Shown: positions 50,761 through 63,069 of the stretch, in pieces
Layout: each line of letters starts with the position of its first letter
Numbering within the stretch: position 1 is the stretch's first letter
NCBI GenBank assembly: GCA_043228905.1
Contig: JBHGNT010000005.1
Coordinates: 3,534,001-3,598,000, forward strand
DNA from: Azolla caroliniana
Taxonomy: Eukaryota > Plantae > Polypodiophyta
DNA: 64,000 nucleotides
Direction of reading: 5' to 3'
The notes under the pieces: generated by a model
Databases searched by the model: none
Seen by the model: only the letters and a program-made list of their open reading frames with translations
Told to the model about the DNA's origin: nothing
Program-made: the position numbers and the translations under genes

Positions 50761-51011
50761 CATGAACAAGAACTAATGAGAAAGACAAAGCACCGAGAGA
50801 ATGCACAAGCTGAACTTCAACTGAATTTTAAGCTCATCATGTCAACATTCAATGAAAAACATGAATGACAGTTAATGGTAATGTTTACCATGAACAAGAA
50901 CTAATGAGAAAGACAGCACAGAAGAATGCACAAGCTGAACTTCAACTGAATTAAGCTCATCATGTCAACATTCAATGAAAAGCACGAATGACAGATAATA
51001 GTAATGTTTAC
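50761..51011. repeat. ~128 bp tandem duplication downstream of TGS1
   Basis: catgaacaagaactaatgagaaagaca...gaatgcacaagctgaacttcaactgaatt...gtaatgtttac occurs twice. Confidence 0.9.
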
Positions 51012-51257
51012 TAGAAAGAATGTTGTTATCTAATGTCACAAGAATAAATACTTAAATCAGTTAAGACTGTATAAAATTAATTAGTTAAGAACCTTTGCTG
51101 ATTACATATGTTACAGTATTGTACATTGTTAGAAATTCATTGTACTCCAAATAATAAGGTTAACAAACTCCAATGTATTCATCATAGAAGAAACACCCTT
51201 GACGAATTCCCAGTAGCACACAAATGATCAAAGTATTCCAGCTACTTGTAGGTAGTA

Positions 51258-54059
51258 TTAGCTCACCGTAGGTGACTCCCCTGGAACTAATTCTGGCTCC
51301 ACACCCACAAATTGGCCATAGTAAGCAGTTACTGCTTTCAGTTTCCCACCCAAGAAAATTCTTTCTACTTCACAAACACAGGGCGGTGTTGATGTTCTTG
51401 AGAGTTCTGCAAGCTGTTTCAGGCCTACATTGCGTGGCAAAAACAATATCACATTCGGTGCTACTGCTCGAGCAGCTTTGAATAAGGATGTCCCAGCTCT
51501 TGGCTGTAGCATGGTCTCAATATCATAAACCTTGACGTTCAGATACTCTGGTCCACCCCATGGAGGTGAGAGAAAAATAATATCTGAATGCAGTGAGGAG
51601 GAAACAGTAAAGAAATCACCTAAAATGAAGTCAATACGATTTGCAACACCATAAACCGTTGCATTATGCTGTGCATACTCAATCCTTCTTGGATCATTAT
51701 CAATGGCAATCACATGATGACCAGCAAGGGCAAACTGAATGGCGTTACCACCTACACCTGTAAATCCATCTACAATAACGCCTTTGTCGCATCTTGCTGC
51801 TTGATACTTTGCAATTGCTTCGGGCGTTACTGAAAACCATCCCTCTTCATCAAGTTTCACACCAGCGTCAAATTTGGAGAAAAGTTGGTAGCGTTGAACC
51901 CAATACTTCAATATTGTAGGTTTATGCTCACCCATATATACTCTACACTGATTTTCTAATCGCATCTGCAAATCGTATGCTTGCTTCTGGCGCCTTGACA
52001 TCTTTTCATGTTTAGTATCACCCATACTCTTAATTACTACAGATTCAATCATCTCATCGATAATATTTGAAACCATGCTCTCTTTATTGTGCTCACTCAT
52101 ATCAACTTTATACTGATTTTGCAATCTCAACTGTGACTCATAAATCTTCTTCTGGCGCCTTGACATCTTTTTATGTTTAGTCTCCCTTATATTCTTACTT
52201 GCTATGACGAACTCGATCATCTCATCAATAATATTTGAAACCACAATCTCTTTATCGTTATTCTGATCACAACATTCTGAAATTACTTGTGAGACTGAAC
52301 TGTCTTCTGTTGTCATTTCAAAAGAGTAATTACCAAACCCCTCAGGCGGTTCCCAAGTTGTCTCCAAGGTTTCTGTGTTATAAAAATAGTACCTGCTATA
52401 GTATCCATCCCAATAAGGTATCCATGGAAACAATGGGCTCACTTCTCTTTCAGCAGAGGCTTCGTAGGACAGAATAATAGGTTCTTCACATGTCATGTCA
52501 TGTGTCAAACTCACTTCCTTGTCAGCAGCATCTTCTTGTAGTGGATTAATATGGACCTCGGGTACCACTCCAAGGTTTGAAACCAGAGATCCCCCACCCG
52601 CCAATGAAGAATTTGATTTGATGCTCCCTTCATTCGCTCCTTCAGTGGAAATAGTAATTTTACTCTGACTTAAGGCTAAGTTACTCTGGTTATCGCTTCC
52701 CAAACTTTGAACAGCCGTTAGCCTGACATTAGAATTTGATATCACTTCTACATTATTTGAAACTATAGTTCCAATTACAGCTTCACCAATGGACACATGT
52801 TCCTGTTCATCAGAAGGTTGATTGGCATCCATATGTGTAACAGTTGAATCTAGTTCTATATCTACATTATCTAAAAATGTTGCTGCAGCCACAATTTCAC
52901 CAACATCCTTACGAGTTGGGCTTTCTGAAAGTTCAACACCATCCACAAGTATGATAGTGGAATTTGCTCCTACAGTTAGATGATGTGAAACAGTGGCTTT
53001 GCCATTTCTAGCAAGAGAAACTGTGGAATCCTCACCTGTGGTCCTTTCTTCACTGATAATGGTGTTGAAGACCTCGGCTCCTTCTTGGATCCTTAACAGA
53101 CCATCTACTAGAATACATGAACTTGGTTCTCTATCTACGTGATGTAAATTTGCCATCATTCCTTCTCCGAATGTATCAAGACTTGGGCCTTCAGTATTAT
53201 CTAGAGCTCTGATAGTGGAATATGGTCCTATCGTTGCATTTGGTAAAACAGTATCCTCACCAAATCTAGCAATAGAAACCATTGTTCCTTCACTAGTGAT
53301 CATTTCCTCGTCAGTAATGGGTCCTTCTACATCTACATCCTCAATGATAGGCTCAAGATCCGAGTTTTCTGACTTTTCATCTAGGTCCAGACGTATCACA
53401 GTAGAATTTGGTCCGACCACTACATTCAGTGAAACAGAGGCCTCATCAAATCTAGTAACAGAAGCCATGGATCCTTCATCTGTGATCATTTCCTCAACCG
53501 TAACTCCATTCAAAACTTTATCTCTTTCGCAGACCTTTAAAAGACCATCAAGTAGTAAACTAGAATCTGTTTCTAGTTCTACATCATGTAGAGCTGTGGC
53601 ATCGTCATATCTACCAACAGAGACCATGGAAGCTTCATACGTGGGCACTTCCTCATCATTTAGGTCATTACAAACCCTAGCACAATCTTGGATATTTATG
53701 AGACCATCGACCATATAACTTCTCCCGTCTACGGATGCAACTGGAGCAATAAACGACTCGACTTTGAGTTCATCCGAAGCATCGTCGCATAGAGCAGCAT
53801 AAGCAGTCCGTAACTTTGCCTTAGCTCTCCGTTTCTTCGCATTCTCTCTTCCATGTGAGTTCGTAGTGGAGAAAGACGTGGGAAGCCCAGCCTCAGACAT
53901 CTGAAGCGACGAATCTTCATCGCAAAGAGATGATAGAGAGATTTGAACAGGATGAGACTTGCAAGTAAGAAGCGAGGCGAGGTCGGAGGCAGGGGAAGCA
54001 TAGCCTGTGAGATGAACGTCTCTGACGCAGAGAAGAGGGTAGTCGATGGAAGCTTCCAT
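51258..54059 (-). CDS. TGS1: Trimethylguanosine synthase with WW domain, single-exon ORF (933 aa)
   Basis: KYWVQRYQLFSKFDAGVKLDEEGWFSVTPEAIA, SAM-binding VDGFTGVGGNAIQFA, DIIFLSPPWGGPEY and FLPRN. WW domain WIPYWDGYYSRYYFYNTETLETTWEPP. Confidence 0.93.
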   Translation of the reverse strand: MEASIDYPLLCVRDVHLTGYASPASDLASLLTCKSHPVQISLSSLCDEDSSLQMSEAGLPTSFSTTNSHGRENAKKRRAKAKLRTAYAALCDDASDELKVESFIAPVASVDGRSYMVDGLINIQDCARVCNDLNDEEVPTYEASMVSVGRYDDATALHDVELETDSSLLLDGLLKVCERDKVLNGVTVEEMITDEGSMASVTRFDEASVSLNVVVGPNSTVIRLDLDEKSENSDLEPIIEDVDVEGPITDEEMITSEGTMVSIARFGEDTVLPNATIGPYSTIRALDNTEGPSLDTFGEGMMANLHHVDREPSSCILVDGLLRIQEGAEVFNTIISEERTTGEDSTVSLARNGKATVSHHLTVGANSTIILVDGVELSESPTRKDVGEIVAAATFLDNVDIELDSTVTHMDANQPSDEQEHVSIGEAVIGTIVSNNVEVISNSNVRLTAVQSLGSDNQSNLALSQSKITISTEGANEGSIKSNSSLAGGGSLVSNLGVVPEVHINPLQEDAADKEVSLTHDMTCEEPIILSYEASAEREVSPLFPWIPYWDGYYSRYYFYNTETLETTWEPPEGFGNYSFEMTTEDSSVSQVISECCDQNNDKEIVVSNIIDEMIEFVIASKNIRETKHKKMSRRQKKIYESQLRLQNQYKVDMSEHNKESMVSNIIDEMIESVVIKSMGDTKHEKMSRRQKQAYDLQMRLENQCRVYMGEHKPTILKYWVQRYQLFSKFDAGVKLDEEGWFSVTPEAIAKYQAARCDKGVIVDGFTGVGGNAIQFALAGHHVIAIDNDPRRIEYAQHNATVYGVANRIDFILGDFFTVSSSLHSDIIFLSPPWGGPEYLNVKVYDIETMLQPRAGTSLFKAARAVAPNVILFLPRNVGLKQLAELSRTSTPPCVCEVERIFLGGKLKAVTAYYGQFVGVEPELVPGESPTVS

Positions 54060-54113
54060 CTACCCGCTTCTTCTTCTTCCTTTTCTTCTTCTTCTTCTTC
54101 TTCTTCTGTGTTT

Positions 54114-55958
54114 CCATGTATTATTAATTGATGGAGTTTGGAGCCTAGTTTCGTAATTTCCGAATACCTTGCTTCTATCTTACTCTCACCAGAGTTGCCT
54201 TCATAGTACATACCTTCAATCAAAAGCTACGCCTTTTTGTTGGTTGGTTTTTTAACCATCATTTCAAAGAGCCACCTAGAGGAGGGGGGGCATCAAGAAT
54301 GCCTTAAACCCCGTCCTTCCCATGGAAGCTTGCAGTTTCATTGAGAACACATCTTGCGGACAGACACAATAGTTATTCTTCGTGCATCGACCAATCAACG
54401 TTGTTTCTGTTCCTTGTAGCTATTTCACCCAGTTTTGGCTCAAACGGAACAGTTAAACCATTGTTTAACGGTTTATTGGCTCCAATATAATTATATGATT
54501 TGGTTCGGTTCAATTATTATGAATCCGTTTGGTTTTAGTTCGGTTTAGTTCTAAAACTCGGGTTTATAGGTTTGAGTGGTTTAGTTTAATGGTTTATTGG
54601 TTTTTGGTTAATTTTTTTAATTTTTTAAATGGTTTATTAATTAAGGCTTTTTGTTTATTGATTTAGTTCATTTAACTTAAATGCTTATTTAATTTCATGT
54701 ATTTTTGTTTATTTAATGTTTTAATTACTTTGATTTAAATGGTTAGGTTTAAATTTTCTATCAAATGGTTCTGTTTGGTTTCAACTTTTTTCCCTAAACA
54801 GTTTGGTTCACATTTTCCTTAAATGGTTTACATCCATCAATGAAGATTTTGATTTGATGCTCCATGTATTAATAATTGATGGGGTTTGGAGCCTAGTTTC
54901 GTAATTTCCGAAAACCTTGGTTCTATCTTACTCACTAATTGCCTTCATAACTTCAATCAAAAGTTAAGCCTTTTGTTGTTTTTCTAACCATCATTAGCAA
55001 TGGGCATGATTTCGGCTCGAACCGAACCAAACCATGAAGCCATGGTTTAACGAATTATTGGTTCTAAAAAAAATTAATAATTTGGATTTTTTATAAACGG
55101 TTCGGTTTGGTTCTAAAACTCGGGTTTATAGTTGTATAGGTTTGGTTTAAAGGTTTTTGTTTAACTTTTTGTTTACCTTAATAGTTTATTAATTTAATGG
55201 TTTAATGAATGGTTTTTTATTAATTTAGTAAATTTAACTTAAATGCTTATTTAATTTAATGTATTTTTGTTTATTTAGATGTTTAAATGGTTCGGTCTGG
55301 TTTCAACTTTCCCCTGAATGGTTTGGTTTGGTTTTTGTTTTATATAAACGGTTCAGTTTCAGTTTCTTTGCATTGAAACCAAACTGAACCGAAACTGAAC
55401 CCTGTCCATTGCTAACCATCATTTCACAAAGCCACCTAGAGGAGGGGGAGCATCAAGGATGCCTTAAACCCCATCCCATGGAAGCTTGTAGTTTCATTGA
55501 GAACACATCTTGCAGATAGACACAATAGTTATTCTTCGTACATTGACCAATCAGCGTTGTTATGTTCCTTGTAGCTATGGACTCAGTTTTGGCTCAAACC
55601 GAACTGTTAAACCATGGTTCAACGGTTTGTTGGCTCCAATATAATTATATGATTTGGTTTGGTTCAATTACCATTGATCCGTTTGGTTTGGTTCTAAAAC
55701 TCGGGTTTAAATATAGAAAAATGGTTAGACTTTAGAAAAATATAGGGGATCGGTATAGCTTGTATGTTTAGCCTTATGGCGGTTTTCTAATACTAATGTA
55801 GTATCTTTTTTTGGAAAAAAAAAAAAAAAAAAAAAACTCGGGTTTAAATAGTTTATTGGTTTGTTGGTTTTTGGTTAATTTTTTAAATGGTTTATTAATT
55901 AAGGCTTTTTGTTTATTGATTTATTAATTAAACTTATCCTTAAATGGTTTACATCCAT
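54114..55958. repeat. Tandem duplication of the TGS1 upstream region (copy 1 ~54114-54837, copy 2 ~54862-55958)
   Basis: Both copies start ccatgtatta.taattgatgg.gtttggagcctagtttcgtaatttccg and end aaatggtttacatccat; each includes a truncated MITE-related block. Confidence 0.9.
54995..55414. mobile_element. hAT-family MITE with perfect 8-bp TSD
   Basis: TAGCAATGGGC...GTCCATTGCTA flanked by ACCATCAT at 54987-54994 and 55415-55422. Same family as 45860-46411, in the opposite orientation. Confidence 0.92.
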
Positions 55959-57342
55959 TGGCCAAAAAATATATTTTGAGCACATTGATGAAACAATAAC
56001 ACGCTCCTTGTGCCCTTTCCAACGCACAAACACCGATTATTGCCAAACAATGATTCATATCATCGTGTTTGGCACATCAATTAGTTCTTATGGAGTATAA
56101 AGACACCCAGGGAGGATTCTTATTTGGATAGTATTTCCCAACTCGTTTGGCTCATGAATTGATGATTACATGTGACATGTTCCAACCTTGCATATTGTCA
56201 ATAATGAAAAAAGGTTTATCAAATTCAATTGATTCATGAAAAAAAAATCATGATAAATTTTGTCTTATCTTTGTTAGGTATATAGGGGAACAATAGCAAT
56301 ACTAGTCAATATTGTATAGTCATATTATTTGGTTTTCCTCTAATGTGTGTTGCTTTAAGGAGTTTCATCTATTCGCTTCTCTAAAACAATATTTGAAGTA
56401 CCCAACAATGCAATTGGGAAAGTTTTCCTCTGCTTTGGAGTACATAGATTTGATTCCTCAACCATCGTCTCACACAAGACGGACAGGTTGGGAAAATTAT
56501 TTTGTATGTTGTAGCTGTTACGACTTTTTATAAAACTAATGGAAGGATATTTTGTTTTGGAAAGAAAAAAAGAAACAACCTAAGAGATATTCCCAAAGGT
56601 TCTATTCTAGGTCATCATGAGGGATAAAGATGGTGTAGGTTCATTATTCATTTGTTTCATATAACCTTGAAATAGAGTCAATTATGATGGAAGTCCAAGC
56701 AAAAAAGCCTTTGTTAGTATGTACCAAAAGCCCTTGAAAATAAGATAGACCTAAACATTTCAATCCACCTAGTTCCTACAAAGAGCTAAGGAGGAATCAT
56801 TATAACATAATCGGTTTTGGGTGGAAAAGTTCCCCTCGGAAAAAGTTTGAGAGAGCGGAGAAGATGGCGTTTCTCATGGATCTACATCCCCTTGATGGAT
56901 TGAGAAGGAGCAATCATTATCAATAGAATTATCAATTGGAGTTCTAGTTAGACAAGTCTTGAAGGCTTTGCCTTTTGCATGTAGAAAAGGAGAGACATTG
57001 CATGTTATTAGTTCTTTGGAACGACATTTGTTATTGGTCCGGTCTAATCATAGGCTATAGCCATTCATGATCAGAGAAGTTTGTCAGGCAAAACCAATCG
57101 CGAAGCCTTTTTTGCCATCATTACTTGGGAGTTTCTATCACATATAGACGTGCACAAGTCTTCGTAAGGAAAGAAAAGAAACCAGAAGCACGAGCCTTTG
57201 CATAAGTTTCTCCTCTTTCTTTGTTTCCAAAGATTTATGCTCCCGTTTCCACCACAAGATTTGGCCGTTTCCGTTTCCGTTTCCGTTTCCGTTTCGGGTA
57301 CACTTTCGACTGCGCAGCGCGGGGAGGAGCACGAGCACGTCC

Positions 57343-59716
57343 ATGGAGAAGACAGCTCTGCTCGTCATCGACATGCAAGTAAGGATTCGGGACTGTGTTT
57401 TTTTTTGCCAAACACACTCACACACAGTGATCTGTGTATGTCCTCTGACTCTCAGATAAGGTTTATTTTGTCTTTGCTTTTATGTCTGTGTATAGAATGA
57501 TTTCATTCTTCCCAACGGCTCTGCCTACGTGAACGGAGGATCGGACATCATTCCATCAGTCAAGGAAGCCGTCTCATATGCTCGGGAAAGAGGCGCCTTA
57601 ATTGTATGGGTATGTATATATGTTGCAATCCAACTGATCACGTATGCTAATGACTGGTGTTTTTAGTTTTTTTTAAACATCTTTCAAGTGATCACGTATA
57701 ATATAGAGAGCCTACTGTTTGAAAACAAAACAACTTGCGCCTAAAAATTTCAAAAAATACTTCATTTATGGAGCGGAAATGTGTGTGAAGGAAAAATGAT
57801 CGAAGTTTTGATGGTTCTTCTTGCAGGATTTCTCGTTGAATTGTTTTTTTTTGGGAGAAAAGTTCAAAATATTCATTCGAAGTTTTTTCAAACTGTCAAA
57901 GGAAAAATTAACTCAAATTTGATGTTTTTTCTAGTAGAATTTTACAAATAGCAGGATATCCCCTTCAAATATAGATTTTAAACTTATTTTCAGAATATGC
58001 AAGTGAATTACAGTGGTATAGATCACGAAAATACAATGCCCGTGATGGTTTACGTAGCCATGGTAGTTTTGCAGTAAACTACTTTCCAAAGCATCTCCAG
58101 GTGTTTAGTAACTGTAAAGCCCACATTTTGATGAAATTTGAAATCAGCTGCAGCTTGCACATGCTTCAACCTGATTTCCGGTCAAATCATAGCCAGGAGA
58201 TTCACATCTGAGATCAATCAATGTTATGCCATTACCCTATCCAAGTTTATTGTATTTTTTTAATGCTTTCAGTGTAGTTTTTGTCTCACAGAACAAAATT
58301 GGTTTCTGGTAGATGTTATTGTAACTTTCAATTCTATTCCCTCTCTATTTCCTTTATTTACGAGATCGTTCCTTGTTTTCTCTCTAAATCTTCTGGCTTA
58401 TAAATATATATGAATTGTTTGATTAGGTTGAATTAGTATACATTGCGATCTCACAAATTTATGATGCTCTAGGAATACAAATATACGTGAAAATTATGAA
58501 CAACCCTTTAACAGAGCCTCTTGGGAGAAAATCAAATTTACATTTCTATGGATTTAACTGAATTATAGAGGAAGAGTCGTATATCTATATCTGCAGTGTG
58601 CTGCAACTATTGTATCACTTGCGCTGTGTTGGAGCAATAGTATCATTGTGTGATGGAACTCATGAAAATGAAGAACATTTGAATGTTTGATGGCTTAATT
58701 TGTTTTTTCCGTCAAGTAAAAGTGTCTATGCACAAGGTACTGGCCGTAAATTGAAAAGCACAAAAATAAAGAGTTATTACGGTTTGAAAAAGAACTAAGT
58801 TCCTACCTATTTTAATATTAAAAACCACCCCATGCATTTTTAATATGCATTTGAATGTTCAGCATGGACTATATAATGACACTACATTTGTAAGCTTGTA
58901 GGTCATTCGAGAACATCATGCAAGTGGAAGGGATGCTGAATACTTCCGTCAACAACACTACAAGGTGGGCCAAATGGGAATTGCTGTAAAGGGAACAAAA
59001 GGAGCTTCTCTTGTAGATGGACTTGAGCCCCAACCCGAGGATCTAATTGTTGTGAAATATCGGTTTAGTGCATTCTTTGGGACCAACCTACATGCAGTGC
59101 TATGTAGAGCTGGAATACAAACACTAGTAGTTGTAGGTGTGAAGCACTCGAATAATTTCCTTATGTAAGTTTTGATGAGCTCCTTTGAATAAATTAAGAT
59201 TTGATTTAACCATTGTTTATTTTGTTAATTCAGGTGTTCAAACACCAAATTGTATAAGACAAACTGTATTTGATGCTGTTGCACATGACTACCCTAGTAT
59301 AGTGGTTTTATCGGATGCAACAAGTGCTGCAAGTCCAAAAGTTCATGAAGGTTTGTATCTTTATCTCATCCTCCAACAAAATATGCGTAATGTATCTCAC
59401 CAGGGTGCATGAATATCATTCATTTGCGTAAAATGGTTAAAGAGTAACGAAAATACTGTTTGATGGAAACAAAACGAAGAACCTAGCCCGTCTGTGTTAG
59501 GTTCCTTTGGATCTTAAAGTATCTTTAACTCATGTGGTATGATCAAATGATAATTTGGGAAATTGCACACTTTGTGGTAAAGTTCTTAAGGGCCTACCAA
59601 CCACGCCTTATTTAATTGAACATTAATGTTTTTTCCCTTCCGTTTTGGCAGCCAATCTTTTCGATATGCGTAATGTTGGTATTGCAACTCCTACTACAGC
59701 AGAATGGATGGCTTGA
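57343..59716 (+). CDS. Isochorismatase/nicotinamidase-family cysteine hydrolase (At3g16190-like), 5 exons
   Basis: Exons 57343-57378, 57496-57609, 58902-59136, 59234-59350 and 59652-59716: MEKTALLVIDMQ|NDF...|VIREH...VKYRFSAFFGTNL...|GVQTPNCIRQTVFDAVAHDY...|ANLFDMRNVGIATPT. Asp-Lys-Cys triad positions are present. Confidence 0.92.
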
Positions 59717-60009
59717 TGTTGCAACATAAGGGGATCTTTTTGGTAATAATGACTATGTATTCTACTGTTATTTTCTTGCTTAAAATAAGTAATAACTTTG
59801 GAAATTGCCTTAAAAAACATAATATTGGCACTCACACTTTTATAAGAGATAAGAGACTCAATATTGATTAACCTTCTCTTTTTGGTTATCAAATAATAAG
59901 AGACTTGTAGACCTCATGTTCCTGTTACTTAGAATGGATAATATAGAAGCACCCCTCCTATATGTGCTACGATCTTTGTAATAACCAGTGAATGTCATAC
60001 ATCAGATAA

Positions 60010-60070
60010 GTGAGATTTCAACCTTTGACCTCTTACTCTCTATCGTTGGCTTTATCTGATAAAGCTATCG
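60010..60070 (-). mobile_element. Possible tRNA-derived SINE head remnant
   Basis: Minus strand tagctttatcagataaagc...gaggtcaaaggttgaaatctc resembles degenerate A and B boxes. Confidence 0.25.
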
Positions 60071-60949
60071 CATCATTCATGATAAATAATAGTATATCAC
60101 GATCTAGATTGTAATATTTGTATAAGTTTCATACATCTTTCAATGAAATATGTTGAATGCATGACCTAAAGGAACTAACACACAAGCATAACCTACATAA
60201 ATTAAGTCTTAAAAGTTTTTTGCAAGTCAAATGTTTTTTTGTCTATCTTATTTAGACATGAACTATGTACTTACCATGAATGTTGGTACGAGGATTCATA
60301 GTTATGATGTAGTTAGCACATAGATGCCAGATTGACTGTTGATTGAGGTGATCACCCATGTAAAGCTTTGTGCAACGTGGAGAAATCCACTTGAATGATA
60401 GATATGATATTCAAAGATCATGCTTTGTAGCATTGATTCATATGTCAGTTGTGCAATAGGCGTTAATAGCTTCTAGGCTGGGCTACTATGAGTATTTGTT
60501 GTGTCTCTGACCGATGAACTCCTACACAAGATTAGTTTTTCTTTTGAAGTAAAGACTGAGTCTATTGTGATCGTGAAAACCATCATGTAATGCCTTGGGT
60601 AGATAAATTTTTAGACTAAGACATTCAAATAGTCATTAAGCTGGAAGCTATTTTAGCTAGAGATGCTTGTGACGTAGTTGTTTCCAAGTTACTATGGTGT
60701 ACTTGTGATTCCATGACCTGAGAAAAGTAGTTTGGTTAAACTAAGATGTTGTTTGTAGAGACTTGATAAACTGAAGTATTAGTGTATGACAATAATGTTC
60801 CGCTAGTTACCTGTTTGACTCATGTAGGTTGAGCCTAGGAGACAATGTGAACTTATGGCGCATCTATGATCCTTTGCTGGATACTAGAATGAATGATTCT
60901 TATTTTTCTTACAAAAACTACGTACACACAGGTGCCAATAAGCTCTGGA

Positions 60950-63060
60950 AACCTGTTTTATTTTGGATGGGATGATTTTTAACTCGTGACTCTTGGTTCT
61001 GTGCCTCAGATTTGAGTCTGTGAATCTACTGAATTCCAAATTGATATATGATTGGACTCTTGCTAGGCAGCAAGTATTTTGTCACCCGAAGAAAGCTGCA
61101 ATGTTTGCACCTGTCTTTAAAGTGGTTGAGCCGCATCACTTCAATAGAGACTGATATTAGTGATGTAGTTGTAGGGGGCTGTCTTCATTCAACAGGATAG
61201 TCCAGTATCTTTCTAGAGCAAGCTCTCTGCACTAAGGAAGAAGTGTCCCACAGATGAGCTAAAGTTGTATGCAATCATTCATGCACCCCAAGACATGGTG
61301 CCACTACTTGCATGGAACTTAATTCAAATGTTAATTGGTCATGCCACTTTGAATGCTTTTGTACTCAACCAAGAGTTCTATATAGAAATTAAGTGTCACA
61401 AAGGGAAAGATAACATGATGTCCAATGCTTTGCGTAGACTTGTGTGCCAGATGACTTTCAGGACAGTCGAAAATGAGACGTTGCATGCTATATGGCAATC
61501 TCAAAAAGCAAACACATTTATTCAGAATAAGTGATTGAACCTAGCTGCATGGAAGATTGCCGCTGCCCACAAAGCTCTTTGTTGGGCAAGGATTGGTCAA
61601 TAGAGAAACAAAGGTATGTGTTCCACAGGTTCCTGATATTAGGAACTAGTTTATGAGGGATTCCATGATAATCCAGGTGCTGAACATTCAAGCAGGAGCT
61701 GATTAAGCACTAGTCTTGATGGTCACATATGGACACAGATGTGCTAGATTGCATCTTGATGCATTTGTTGCCAGATCTGTAAGTATGAGAGAGTTTTATG
61801 ATCCTTGATTGTTATAATCTTGGCCCTTCCTGGATAGAAAAAGGCAAAGCATGTTCATGGATTTCGTTGTGTGTTTGCCTCATACTTCAAAATCAAGACA
61901 ACGTGGTTTTAGATGTGGTTGACAGGTTGACTGAAATAGGCACGCCATATTCTCACTATGAAGAAAGGTACGATTACATAACTGATATGTTTATTCAACT
62001 TATATTTCACATCATGTGTTGCCTTACACGATTATCATGGGCTGAGATACTACTCGTTTCACAAGAAAATACTTAACCAGTTTGTTGGCAAGTCTAGGCA
62101 AGAAATTGAAGTTTAGTAGAGGAGAACATCTTATGACAAATCGTCAGATTGAAAGAGTTAACCAAGTATTTTTAGATATGTTGAGGGCATCTGTGTTTGT
62201 CTGTCAAGGGCTGGGAAAGTTGTTTGTATTGCCTAAGTTTGCATATAACTCGTGAAAGTATTCGATGATGGCGTTCTCCCTGTTTAAGCTGAATTATGGG
62301 GTTCAGCTAGCTTGTCCATATTTGATAGAATTAAATAGTTGTAATCAAGTGTCTAACAATATTGAAGGGTATGTTGGATATTGCTAAGACAAATAATCCA
62401 ATTTTCTATGGATTTGAGTGACATATTTTGCCAACAGGAAATGTACTGCTAGATCATTTGATGTAGGAGAATGAGTGTATTTGTTGATTACTCCATTTAT
62501 TGGATCTGCTATCAAGCAGCATAAGCCATCTCTAAGATTTTGTGGTTTGTGGATGACCATAAAGAATATAGGAGAGGTTGCCAATAAACTAGATTTATTA
62601 AGATGTCATATCCATTTTGTATTGCATGTTAGTAGATTGAAGAAGTGTTTGAAAGTAGTACGGTGGATGGTACTGTGAAATTGCAGAGTCCTTTACTTGT
62701 GGATTTGGGGCCAATGATATCCTTGAAATCCAAGTGAAGAAATTGAGAATTGTACTTTTGGTCAGCCTCTATCTAATGATATTTAGGAATATGAGCATAC
62801 TTCGGAAGGCATTTCTAAACTTCATCATTGAGGATGATAAATCCTATAGGGGAGGATGTTATGTCATGATTGAAAGTGGCATGGGGCCATTCTAAGATGT
62901 CCTTGGGTGTCCATGTTTACACAAGGGGGTGGACTTGCATAATAACTATTATGCATGGGGGCTACTATATAATGGCATGTTCTATGGCTGGGAGGATAAG
63001 CCTAAGCACACACCCAAACTAAAGTGGGTATTTATAAGGACCCAACAGTTAATTTCTAGA
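60950..63060 (+). mobile_element. Degenerate Ty3/gypsy (chromovirus-like) element: RNase H, integrase, PPT and start of the 3' LTR
   Basis: Fragments IETD.SD..VG, ELYAI.HA...W..YL, GKDNMMSNAL, VVDRLT, GQIERVNQ..DMLRA and HFVLHVSRLKK. PPT aggggagga is followed by TG at 62857. Confidence 0.75.
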
Positions 63061-63069
63061 TGATTGCAT

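Noticed and set aside
53215-54223. ORFs overlapping TGS1 (53215-53718 +, 53729-54223 -)
   Set aside because: Shadow frames of the TGS1 CDS and of a (GAA)n leader repeat.
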